Part shown: positions 50,779-64,000 of the stretch, in pieces
How the letters are laid out: every line of letters begins with the position of its first letter
How positions within the stretch are numbered: position 1 is the stretch's first letter
Assembly (NCBI RefSeq): GCF_006345805.1
Contig: NC_043007.1
Span: forward strand, 51,460,001-51,524,000
Direction of reading: 5' to 3'
Source of the DNA: Octopus sinensis
Lineage: Eukaryota
DNA: 64,000 nucleotides
The notes under the pieces: model-generated
Database searches by the model: none
The model's input: only the letters and a program-made list of their open reading frames with translations
Told to the model about the DNA's origin: nothing
Position numbers and translations under genes: made by a program

Positions 50779-53700
50779 TTCAGTAGTTTTATTTTTATAG
50801 CGTGCTTTCACTTCACTACCGAGCGCAGCTCTGTGTGCCTTGGGTATGTGCTGTGATTTGTTGTGATGCTCTGATGGTTACTGTATTGAAAGTGTTCTGC
50901 GTAGGATGTGTGCAGTGCCTAGTAGTGCAATTTTCTGTATGTTATATGTGTTTGTAAGTCCCGGTGTTTTTGTTATGTATTTGTCTGAATATTTTTTTAT
51001 CGTGCCTAATGCACCTATTATGATAGGAATTGTTTCTGTTTTTAGATTCCACATTCTAGTTACCTCTATTTCCAGGTCTTTGTATTTTGAAAGTTTCTCC
51101 ATTTCTTTTAGAGACACCTTGTCATCTGCCGGTATTGATACATCAATTAGAAAGCATTTTATTTGTTCATGATCTCTGACAACTATATCTGGTCTGTTGG
51201 CCTTAATTTCTCTATCTGTGTGTATTGGCATATCCCAGAGTATGGTTGTGACATTTTCTGGTGTGTGCCGATACCATTTTTTTGTTGTTGTTATTCCATA
51301 ATGTTGGCATAGCTTCCAGTGTATGTAGGTCCCAACTCTGACGTGTATGTGAATGTATTCCTTCTTAGCCAGAACTGGGCAGCCAGAGATAATATGATTT
51401 ATTATCCATCTCCACATATTCTGCTTTGAGTCCTGAGCTTCTCAACCATTGCTGGGATTTTTCTTTGTCTATTTCTTTTGCATTTAGTTTAGTCCAGTAT
51501 TTGCCATGAAGGGGCTTTTCTTGTCATCGTTTTATCATGGTCCATTCCTCTTCTATTTTTAGTTTGGATTTCATTTGTTTTATAGCTTTTGCTGTTTCTT
51601 CTTCTTCTTCTTCTTCTTCTTCTTCTTCTTCTTCTTCTTCTTCTTCTTCTTCTTCTTCTCTTCTTCTTCTTCTCTTCTTCTTCTTCTTCTTCTTCTCTTC
51701 TTCTTCTTCTTCTCTTCTTCTTCTTCTTCTTCTATACAACCTATAGAAGGTGGTAGAGGCCTTCTACAGCTGGAAAACTACTATAAAATAACCACCATAG
51801 GATTGCAAAAATATCTACTTCAGAAGGAAGAAAAACTGATACAAATAGCGGCAAAACACGAGCAAAACCTAACAAATTCACCTAACATACCACCTAACAA
51901 ATTCATATTTGTTAGGTGGTATGATTGCTAGTTTGTATTTGTCAGCTTCCTTAAATACTGAGAACAATTTTTTGTTTTGCTCGTATTTTGCCGCTATTTG
52001 TATCAGTTTTTCTTCCTTCTGAAGTAGATATTTTTGCTGTCCTATGGTGGTTATTTTATAGTAGTTTTCCAGCTGTAGAAGGCCTCTACCACCTTCTATA
52101 CGTTGTATGTATAGCCTTTCTATGTCAGATTTTGGGTGATGTATCCTAGATCTTGTCATTATTTTTCTTGTTTTCCTATCTATTTTGGTCAGTTCATTTC
52201 GTGTCCAGTTAAGGATATTGTAGCTGTAACTTATAACTGGGACGGCTAAAGAGTTAATACCTATTATCTTGTTTTTAGCGTTGAGCTCTGTTTTAGTATT
52301 GATCTAACTCGTCTATAATAATCTCTTTCTATTTTCTCTTTCATTTGTGTGTGTTGTGTCTTATCTAGTTCATGGATTCCTAAGTATTTGTAAGTTTGGC
52401 TTTGGTCTGAATCTCTTATTTCATTGGTTTCAACTAGTGTGATGTTGCTACTCTTAACTAGTTTTCCTCTTTTCAGGGTTACTTTGGCGCATTTCTCTAA
52501 TCCAAATTTCATATATATTTCTTTGTTAAATCCATGAACTGTCTTTAGTAGTGTTTCCAGCTGTTTGGCATTTGTAGCGTATAGTTGTAGGTCATCCATA
52601 TATAAAAGGTGGCTGATCGTTTTGCCGTAACATTTATATCCGCATCCAGTTCTATTTAGCATATCAGATAGAGATGACAGTGCCAAGCAGAAAAGAAGTG
52701 GAGAGAGCGTGTCTCCCTGGAATATTCCTCTTTCTAATGGGGATGGCTTTGGTTTTCACGAGTTCCCCTTTTGTTTGGAGGTGTAGCACTGTCTGCCATT
52801 TATTCATAGAGTGTCCGATGTATTTTATAATTGTAGGTGCTACTTTGTTAATCGCTAGTGTTTCGAGGATCCATGTGTGGGGGATGCTATCAAACGCCTT
52901 TCTGTAGTTGATTCAGGCCATACTGAGGCCTTTCTTCTTTCTGTGGCTGTCTTCAGTTATGGTTTTATTGATTATTAGTTGATCTTTACAGCCATATGAG
53001 CCTTTGCGGCATCCTTTCTGCTCTTCTGGAAACAGGTTGTTTTCGTCCAGGTGCTTGTTCAGCTTTTGTGATATTACTGCAGTAAATGCTTTGTACATTG
53101 TAGGGAGATAGGTTATAGGTCTGTAGTTTTCTGGTTTTCCTGTCTCGTTGGATTTGAGAATTAAGATGGTTTTCCCCTTCGTGAGCCATTCAGGCATTGT
53201 CTCTGGCTCTGCTAGTACGTTGTTAAAGTTTTCAGCCAGCTTTTTGTGCATTCCTGTTAGATATTTCAACCAGAAGTTGGGGATCTTGTCATGCCCAGGT
53301 GCCTTCCAGTTGCTTAGTTTTTGCAGTGCCTGGGTGACCTCTTCAGTTGTTATGGGGGTCCAAAGTTGTTCAGATGCCGAGTTTGTTATTTTGATACTCC
53401 TTTTTTTTGGTGGTTCGTTCGCCGACCATATTTCTCTCCAGAATTCTTCCAATTCTTCTGCCGTTGGTGCTGCAGTGACTTCTATTTTATTTTTGCCCAG
53501 TTCTTGGTAGAACTTTTTGGGGTTGGAGTTGAACTTTTTGTTTTGTTCAAAGAAGCGTTGGCGTTTCTCGTACCGGCGGATCCTTTGTGCTTTGGCAAGG
53601 ATATCTTGCTTCAGCTTTTCTTTTATTTCAGGCAAATCTTTCTCTGTGATGTTATATTTGCGGAGTAATTTTGTTCTTTTTGTTGCTCAGTAGCGTTGAT

Positions 53701-54388
53701 TGTTTGCTGATTTCATTAAGAATCGACAGGTCTTTTCTATTTTTTTTTTATTTTGTTTTGGATGTTATTTATCCACAGGGTTTGTTTGGGTGGTGGTACT
53801 CCTGTTTGGGCGGGTTTGGGTGAGTATCCAGCTTCTTTTGTGGCTGCAGTGGCTGCTGCGTATATTAGGTCATTCAGCTCAGTGATATCACTTTTTTTTA
53901 TTCAGTGGCTATCAGTTCAGTGACGGCTAGGTTTATGCTGTTTATAATAGGTGTTGTTATTTCGTTTATTTTGATTCTTGGGAGGTATGGTCGGTGGTCC
54001 ATTTTGAGCTCTGTGGTTTTCAGTTCTTTGATTGTTTTATTTTTTATATTATCATAATCATTAGGCTCCCCTTCGTTGTTTACATCGTGTTTGTTGGGAA
54101 TGTTGCGTTTGTCTTCGTGTTTTACAGTTTCAGTGTTTATATTATTGGGCATTGTTGTGTGGCTTCTATCTACATTTTCCTGGTGTATGTTTTCTTTTAG
54201 GTGTTCTATTTCTATTTCTGATATTTCTGATATTCGCACGTGTAGTTTTTCGTACATTTTTTGTTGTAAGTTTAATGTACGTACCGCTCGATTGTTATTC
54301 TTGGGTTGAATAGTATCGGTGGCATTTAATTTCTTCGTAGTTCCTTTGTACATGGTGTTTGGGGTCGGAGATGATCGTGATGTTCCAT
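50779..54388 (-). mobile_element. R4/Dong-clade LINE family A, near full length with deletions
   Basis: WKAPGHDKIPNFWLK, YRPITYL, EQKGCRKGSYGCKDQL, YMDD, FGLEKCAK, HPKSDIERLY, HIISGCP, RPDIVV..LIDVSIP..KLSKY; (TAA)n at both ends. Confidence 0.92.
51733..52110. repeat. Fold-back inverted duplication within the R4 element, next to a (TTC)n expansion at 51590-51732
   Basis: 51733-51903 is the reverse complement of ~51908-52110 with one internal deletion; centre ATACCACCTAACAAAT-TCAT-ATTTGTTAGGTGGTAT. Confidence 0.9.
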
Positions 54389-54405
54389 TATTATTATTAT
54401 TATTA

Positions 54406-54458
<53 letters not shown>

Positions 54459-54584
54459 TTTTTCCTTCTTTCTTCAAATTTTCGTCCTTCTCTCGCCGAA
54501 TGTTTTCCATACACCTATGGCAGAGAATCTCATTGTATGCATTCCCAGATTACACGCGCAAATTCACAGATAAAATATGTATTT

Positions 54585-57500
54585 AAAAATTAATAAATAA
54601 ATTCATGGATGGATGTTGTTTTCACAGCGATAATGCTCTTCTCAGTACATGAGCAGTTCCAGTTAATACGATCTTTTGCACTTCCTGTAGGGATGGTAAG
54701 CCTGGAATTATTTTCAAATAGGTTTCAGTACCTATTTTTTTATCATTTCCAGAGATCCTACAATCACTGGTACTGTAGTCGCCTTGAGATGCCACATTTT
54801 TTCAATTTCTATTAGCAAGTCTTTATATTTACAAATCTTGTTAAAATCTTTTGCCGCTATATTGTGATCGCCAGGAATACTCATGTCAATTAATAAACAC
54901 ATCTTTTTTGTCTGATCTTTTATAATAATATCCGGTTTATTAGCTTTTATAGTCTTGTCGGTCTGTACGGGGAAGTCCCATAAAATCGACACATTTTCTC
55001 CCTCAGTCACAGCTTCAGGATGGTGTTTATACCATTTGTCAGCGGTTTTGATTTTATAATGCCGACATATTGTCCAATGTAAATACTGGCCGACTCTGTC
55101 ATGACTTGCTTTATATTCTGCAGGTGCTAAGACTCTACACCCCGAGATTAGGTGGTCTATTGTTTCAATCTCATTGTTACAGAATCGGCATTTTGGGTCA
55201 GCTCCATTTTATATCACATTGGCTTGGGAGTTCCGGGTTAATAAGCTTTGGTCTTGAGCAGCTGATATGAAATCTTCACTCTCTGCTTTTAGCCCTGAAC
55301 TTCGTAACCATTGGTGCGTGTGTTTCTGGTCGACATCAGCTGTTTGCTACTTGCCATGGAGAGGTTTCTGTTCCCATCTGCTAGCTAATTTTTCATGTGC
55401 TTTGTCTTTGCAATTAATTTTATTTTCTTTGCAGCAGCAGTTGGCGCATTTTCTTCAGCCTGATCAATCTGGTGGGTATCTAAGAGATCAGCAGCGAATT
55501 TTTTGCTCTCTTTGAGAATAGAGTGAAGTTTTTTCAGTCTTTCATGTTTTTCAACAAGTTTTAGCATCCAATCGTTGGTTGCTTCAAGGTATTTAGCCAG
55601 TCCGATTCTGGTGGTTTTGTAAGTAAGTTCAAGCTGGATAAAACCGCGACCTCCCTGAGCTCTGGGAAAGTAAAGGCGATCCACGTCTGCCTTTGGATGG
55701 TGCATCTTACTATAAGTCAGTAGCTTGCGGATTTTTCTTTCAATTTTCATTATTTTACTGGTATTCCAGTTAAGCACATTGAAGCTATAAAAAACAACTG
55801 GGACTGCTCAGGAATTTATGGCTAAAACCTTATTATATGCATTCAGCTCAGACTTCAGGACTGCTTGAATTCTTCTATAACATTCCTTCCTAACCTTCTC
55901 TTTCATGTTTGCATGCTGGATACCAGAGCCTTCAATTATTCCTAGGTATTTATATGTTTGTTCCTGCTCAAGTTCTTTTATTACTGTTTCGACATCTAAT
56001 TCGATTGAACTAGACTTTACCAATTTCCCTTTCTTAAAAGTGGCTTTGGCACACTTTTCAAGGCCAAACTCCATCCCGATATCATCACTGAATCCTTTCA
56101 CAGTATGTAATAATCCTTCAAGCTCTTCATCATCTTTGCCATATAGCTTTAAATCATCCATATAAAATAGATGGATTATTTTCCTGTTGTCAATTTTGTA
56201 GCCATATCCTGTTCTATTCAGTTCACTTGAGAGTGGTATTAGTGCTATGCAGAAAATTAGTGGTGGAAGTGAGTAACCTGGGAAAATTCCACAATTTATG
56301 CTAATATTGTTTGAGCGCAATACTCCATTAGAATAATATAATTGGAGCTTCGTGTTCCATAGTGACATATTATACTTTAAAAAATCGGAAATCACAGGAG
56401 AAAATTTGAAAATATCCAGCGATTTCAGAATCCACGAATGCGGTATGCTGTCAAAGGCTTTTTTATAATCAATCCATGAAGAGCTGAGATTTCTGCGCTT
56501 GTTATGGCAGTTCTCAAGGATTATGCGGTTAATTAGGAGCTGATCTTTGCATCCGTATGAACCTCGTCTGCATCCTTTTTGTTCAGTGGGAAAGAGGTTA
56601 TTCTCTTCCATAAACGTATATGTTTTCTCTACTAGAATAGATGTCAAAATCTTATAGGTAGTAGATAAACATGTTATGGGCCGGTAGTTTTTTGGGTCTT
56701 TCGTTTTATTATTTTTGGGGAGGAGGTAAGTAATATCATTTGCCATCCAATAGGGTGTTTTTTCCGGGTCTTTCATAATACTATTAAATAGTATTACTAA
56801 CATTTTGTGTGCGGACGAGAGTGATGAAAGCCAGAAATTTGGCACTCTATCAATACCAGGGGATTTCCACTTATGAGCCTTCTTTAGTGCCCTCCTTAGG
56901 TCGGCGATTGAGATGTCGTCCCATACCTGTTCTTGCAGATTTTTGTAGTCAGCTTGGGTGCGTCTGATCCACTCTGCATTTTCATTGTATGGTTTCTCAT
57001 CACTCCAGATCCCCTTCCAAAAGTTTTCAACTTTTTCCATTAGGGGTGGATTTTCAATGGTTATTTTTTCTTTCCCTATTTCCCTGTAAAATGATTTGGC
57101 ATTGGATTTGAACATCTTATTTTGCTTGTAGAATTTGTTTCTTTCCTCAGATCTGCGTATTCTCTGAGCTTTTGCTTGAACTCTTTGTTTAAGTGTTTCT
57201 TTCGCTGACATTAGTTCTTCTCTTGTTGAGTGCCCATATTTTCTCACAATCTTCCTGCCTTTTCTTGATCTTACATCGTTTCCAGAGATTAGCTCAGTTA
57301 ATATTGATATCTCCCTGCGCAATGATTCAATTTCAGTTTTAATTCTACTCCTCCAGTTTGATTTTCTTTTCGAATTTGGTATTGTTGGCTTTTTGGGTGT
57401 TAAACAGCGTCTTTCGATTACCTTAACGACAGAGTAAATAATTTCATTTAATTTATTAAGATCGGGTTTTAGTTGTTGTATGATTTCTTGTGTAACGCAG

Positions 57501-58330
57501 TTGCCAATTTTTATTTGTGTCTTATGTTGATGTGCATTTGAGAGTTTATGGAGTGGTTCCCTATCATACATAGTTGTATGCCCTACAACTACAAGCTCAT
57601 TCAGAACTTCTTGCTTCATATCAATGATAGATTTTCTGTGTTGTTCAATAAACATGTGGTCTTCAAATTCTGTTTCGACATCATTTTCCGGGCTGTTTTT
57701 TCTAGGGTCATTATATTTTCCTTTTACTTCAGGATCTTTAGTCGTTTCGGCAGATAGTCGCCTTTCAGTCAATGCTTGTGGCCCAACATCCTCTCCTCAG
57801 CTTCGTTATTTCTTTCCTAACTTACATTTAGGTCATTCTCTACCACTTATTTAATAGAGGTTAATTCTGCATCTGTGAGTCTGGTATTTTTGAAGATATC
57901 TCTTCTAACATTTGCTTATCTGTTTTCATTCAGATTTGGTCTGCTAGCTGGATTTCGGCTCCTCCAAATCCTGTAGGAGTTTGCAATGTGTTTCTCTTGG
58001 GTTGGCCTACTTAATGCAAAGTAATAAGCATATATTACTTCTTTATATTCTTCCCGGTTCCATTTAGTTCTTTTAATTTTTTGATTTTCTGGTCGTTGTG
58101 GTGGTGAATTTTGGGGGCTTAATTTGGGACAAATCTCGTTTAAGTGACCTTCCAGGTTCGTATTCGGGAAGATATTCTGCCATTTGAAAATTTTTCGCCA
58201 TCAGGCTGGCAGCCTCCTGACGGGCGCGCTTCCTGTATAACCATTGGACAATCGATTCGGTGTACTGTTAGAAATTTTCTTTTCAAGTAAAGTTAAATTA
58301 TTATTCACTAATCTTCATACAGGGGCCTCA
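54585..58330 (-). mobile_element. R4/Dong-clade LINE family B, near full length, degenerate
   Basis: 654-aa ORF 57772-55808 with RT motifs (WIDYKKAFDSIPH, YMDD; QGDSLSP decayed to PGYSLPP), CRFC..DHLISGC, RLE NKPDIII..LIDMS..KY; N-terminal KWNREEY..ANVRR. Confidence 0.92.
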
Positions 58331-58417
58331 TTTATCATCATTAGCAGCAGCAGCCCAGTAGTTGTAGCAGCAGCAATATCATTGTCAGCAGTAGCAGCGG
58401 CAGTGGTAGTATCAATC

Positions 58418-58464
<47 letters not shown>

Positions 58465-58477
58465 GTAATATTAAACG

Positions 58478-58630
58478 CCCCAATGCAGTACCAGGCAGTG
58501 GCTCTCATGGTCTTTTGAGCTTAACAGATTGGAAGTTTTATCATGTACATTTTTTTCGGTATAAATCATGGGCTACCGCAAGTATTCTGCTTCTGCTCAA
58601 TACCACAGATTTACTTGTCAGTTGTTTGAA
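58478..58630 (+). mobile_element. 5' part of the TAA-flanked element
   Basis: AATGCAGTACCAGGCAGTGGCTCTCATGG...CTTGTCAGTTGTTTGA, then unrelated sequence. Confidence 0.8.
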
Positions 58631-58869
58631 CGGAGGACGTTTAACATGTGAGAGCGATAAAACAGTGCTCCGAAATCTATCCACAAACATCGGAAACAAA
58701 GATATCGCATGGAGCCCAAAAATAACTGACAAAGAATTGGGTTATATCCGAGTAAGTAATACTCATTGAAATTTATTACTATTTTCCAAACGAAATGATG
58801 TATTTTAACTCGATATTATCTCCACCTCTCGCATAGCACAACATGTAAACATACTTGATACATTACGAT

Positions 58870-61560
<2,691 letters not shown>

Positions 61561-61621
61561 TAATGATAACAATGACAATGAAAAGAAGAAGGAAGAAGAA
61601 GAAGAAGAAGAAGAAGAAGAA

Positions 61622-61653
<32 letters not shown>

Positions 61654-61876
61654 AGAAAAAGAAGAAGAAGAAGAAGAAGAAGAAGAAGAAGAAGAAGAAG
61701 AAGAAGAAGAAGAAGAAGAAGAAGAAGAAGAAGAAGAAGAAGAAGAAGAAGAATGGGTTAATTTATTTGCCACCAGGGCAAAGGATGAGGACGGCGATAC
61801 AAAGACAGACATAATGAAATAAAATAATATTTAAAATAAATGTAATGTAAGTATACAGTGAAAAGGAAGGGACATA

Positions 61877-62100
61877 TACTCTTTTATTTGTTTTAGTCAT
61901 GTGACTGTGCCCATGCTAGAGCACTACCTTTAATCGAGTAAATCGACACCAGCACTTATTCTTTGTAAGCTTAGTACTTATTCTATCTCATTTTTCCGAA
62001 CCGCTGGGTTACGAGGACGTAAACACACCAGCATCGGTTGTCAAGAGATGTTGGGGGCACAAACACAGACACACAAACATACACACACACATGCACACAC

Positions 62101-62182
<82 letters not shown>

Positions 62183-62345
62183 TACGACGGGCTTCTTTCA
62201 TTTTCCGTCTACCAAATCTACTCACAAGGCTTGGTCGGCCCGAGGCTATAGTAGAAGTCACTTGCCCAAAGGTGCCACGCAGTGGGACTGAACCCGGAAA
62301 CATGTGTTTGGTACGCAAGCTACTTACCACACATCCACTCCTACG
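61877..62345 (-). mobile_element. tRNA-derived SINE (family of 26000)
   Basis: Family head and tail both present. Confidence 0.85.
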
Positions 62346-62360
62346 CGTATTATACATAAT

Positions 62361-63338
62361 TTACATATACATAATAACAAAGGTTTGCGGAAGAAAAAAG
62401 AAGAAAAGAGGGGATATGGTGATAGAGATGCATCCCCCTTGATAGAAGATGACCTCTAGGAATAATCGAGGAACCTCACTGTCCGACATTTCCATGAAAA
62501 CCAGTTCCTTTTCTCCAGTTCCGTCTCTCCGACTCACAGGTCTACACTTAGAGAGAGATACCATCAACTTTTGCCATTTTCGCAGGAGTCCACCATTCAA
62601 CAAACTCACTCAAGGACAGCACTTCCCACTCCACCCTAAATTTCCATTTGAAGTGAAACCTGAAGTCAATGAGAACTCTACCAAAGAGGATTGTGTCTGT
62701 TCTCATGCCTTTCAGCCGTGTCCACCAAACAACCTCTTTCGCCATAATCGCCAGAAAAAGGAAAACTGCCTTCCCTGCTCGATTGAAGAAGGGCAGCGGG
62801 TCAATCATCAATACAGACTCGGCCGACAGGCAGATCCTCTCAACATCCACAAGTCAGCAATGCTCGGACACTGAACGAGTGCGTGCAGAACGGTTTCGTC
62901 ACTCTGCGCGCACCTTGGACAAACCCGTCTCTCAGCACGTCTGTGCACGTAGAGTTTATCTTGAACTAGTAGCACTGCCAGGCCAAGGACATCAGGAAAT
63001 TATCCATGAAGATTCCCGACCAGAAAGTCTTACAGAAGATACTAACCAGTTTGTTTTCGTCGGCACCCCGAGAACGTCGTCGCACTTTCCAGCCTCTATA
63101 AATTTCTAAAGCAGAACACCCACCGATCCCATTGCCTGACTTTAAAGAAGAATTTAAATAAGAGACGCTCCAACCTCGTCAAGCCGTAACCAGAACAATG
63201 CACCATGGTCAGGTGATACATGATGTAGGCATTCGCCACTTCGGCCCGACCTTCCTCTCAAACCATTTCTGGGTTAGACTGGCCACCTTGTTCGCCACGT
63301 CGTCCCAGTTCTTATCAACCTGGAGGTCGGGACCAAAT
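62361..63338 (-). mobile_element. 3' part of a third Tx1-clade LINE (ORF2 C-terminus), degraded
   Basis: FGPDLQVDKNW, CLSAESV...FLAIMAKEVVWWTRLKG, homologous to 1183-2250. Confidence 0.85.
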
Positions 63339-63607
63339 CATGGGTGTTTCATTCATCATCCTTAAACAAACCTTATTCAGGGACCTTTTGAGAGGATGGG
63401 CTACTCAACCTGAAGAAAATTCTAACTGGGTCCCACCTGCAAGGTCATGCGCTGTTTATTTTGATATGAGATCACCATGTCGCGCTCATATGGTTGTGAT
63501 GCATGTGCCTGGTGTAGCCTTTTCAAACAGGTAGTCATGATGGGTATACTGGGCTTCGTATATTTTACCCGTGTCACTTTGATGGCAGGCACTGCACTCT
63601 CACTCAA
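63339..63607 (+). mobile_element. 3' half of the TAA-flanked element
   Basis: CATGGGTGTTTC...GCACTGCACTCTCACTCAATAATGAT. Confidence 0.85.
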
Positions 63608-63612
63608 TAATG

Positions 63613-63685
<73 letters not shown>

Positions 63686-63784
63686 GAATAAGAAGAAGAG
63701 AAGAAGAAGAAGAGAAGAAGAAGAAGAAGAGAAGAAGAAGAAGAAGAAGAAGAAGAAGAAGAAGAAGAAGAAGAAGAAGAAGAA

Positions 63785-64000
63785 ATAGATATGAAATAGA
63801 TATGAAATTTGGATTAGAAAAATGCGCCAAAGTAACCATGAAAAGAGGAAAACTAGTTAAGAGTAACAACATCACACTAGATAAAACCAATGAAATAAAA
63901 GAATTAGACCAAAGCCAAACTTACAAATACTTAGGAATCCATGAACTAGATAAGACACAACACACACAAATGAAAGAGAAAATAAAAAAAATATATTATA
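63785..64000 (+). mobile_element. 5'-truncated R4/Dong family A copy running off the window
   Basis: MKFGLEKCAKVTMKRGKLVKS..QTYKYLGIHELDKTQH matches 52264-52520; preceded by (AAT)n(AAG)n. Confidence 0.88.

Overview
Eukaryotic, AT-rich, microsatellite-saturated genomic DNA. The repeat families resemble what I recall from Octopus genomes; this is inference, not a database result. I could not support any intact host gene. The window is mostly transposable elements: a full-length but disabled Tx1/L1-clade LINE inside a (GATA)n tract (637-6870) plus two other Tx1 remnants; several Penelope-like elements (PLEs) whose pseudo-LTRs carry hammerhead ribozyme motifs; two non-autonomous Helitrons; a mariner 5' fragment; a full-length Tc1 fossil; a HERO fragment; roughly 13-14 kb of R4/Dong-clade LINEs sitting in (TAA)n tracts; many tRNA-derived SINEs; and a non-coding ~560-bp (TAA)n-flanked element in 5 copies. 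The best leads are microsatellite-targeted retroelements (Tx1 in GATA, Dong in TAA, with a possible non-autonomous Dong partner) and PLE-derived hammerhead or retrozyme-like units with atypical cores. Most short ORFs in the track are microsatellite translations or antisense shadows. Boundaries were read by eye and are approximate.
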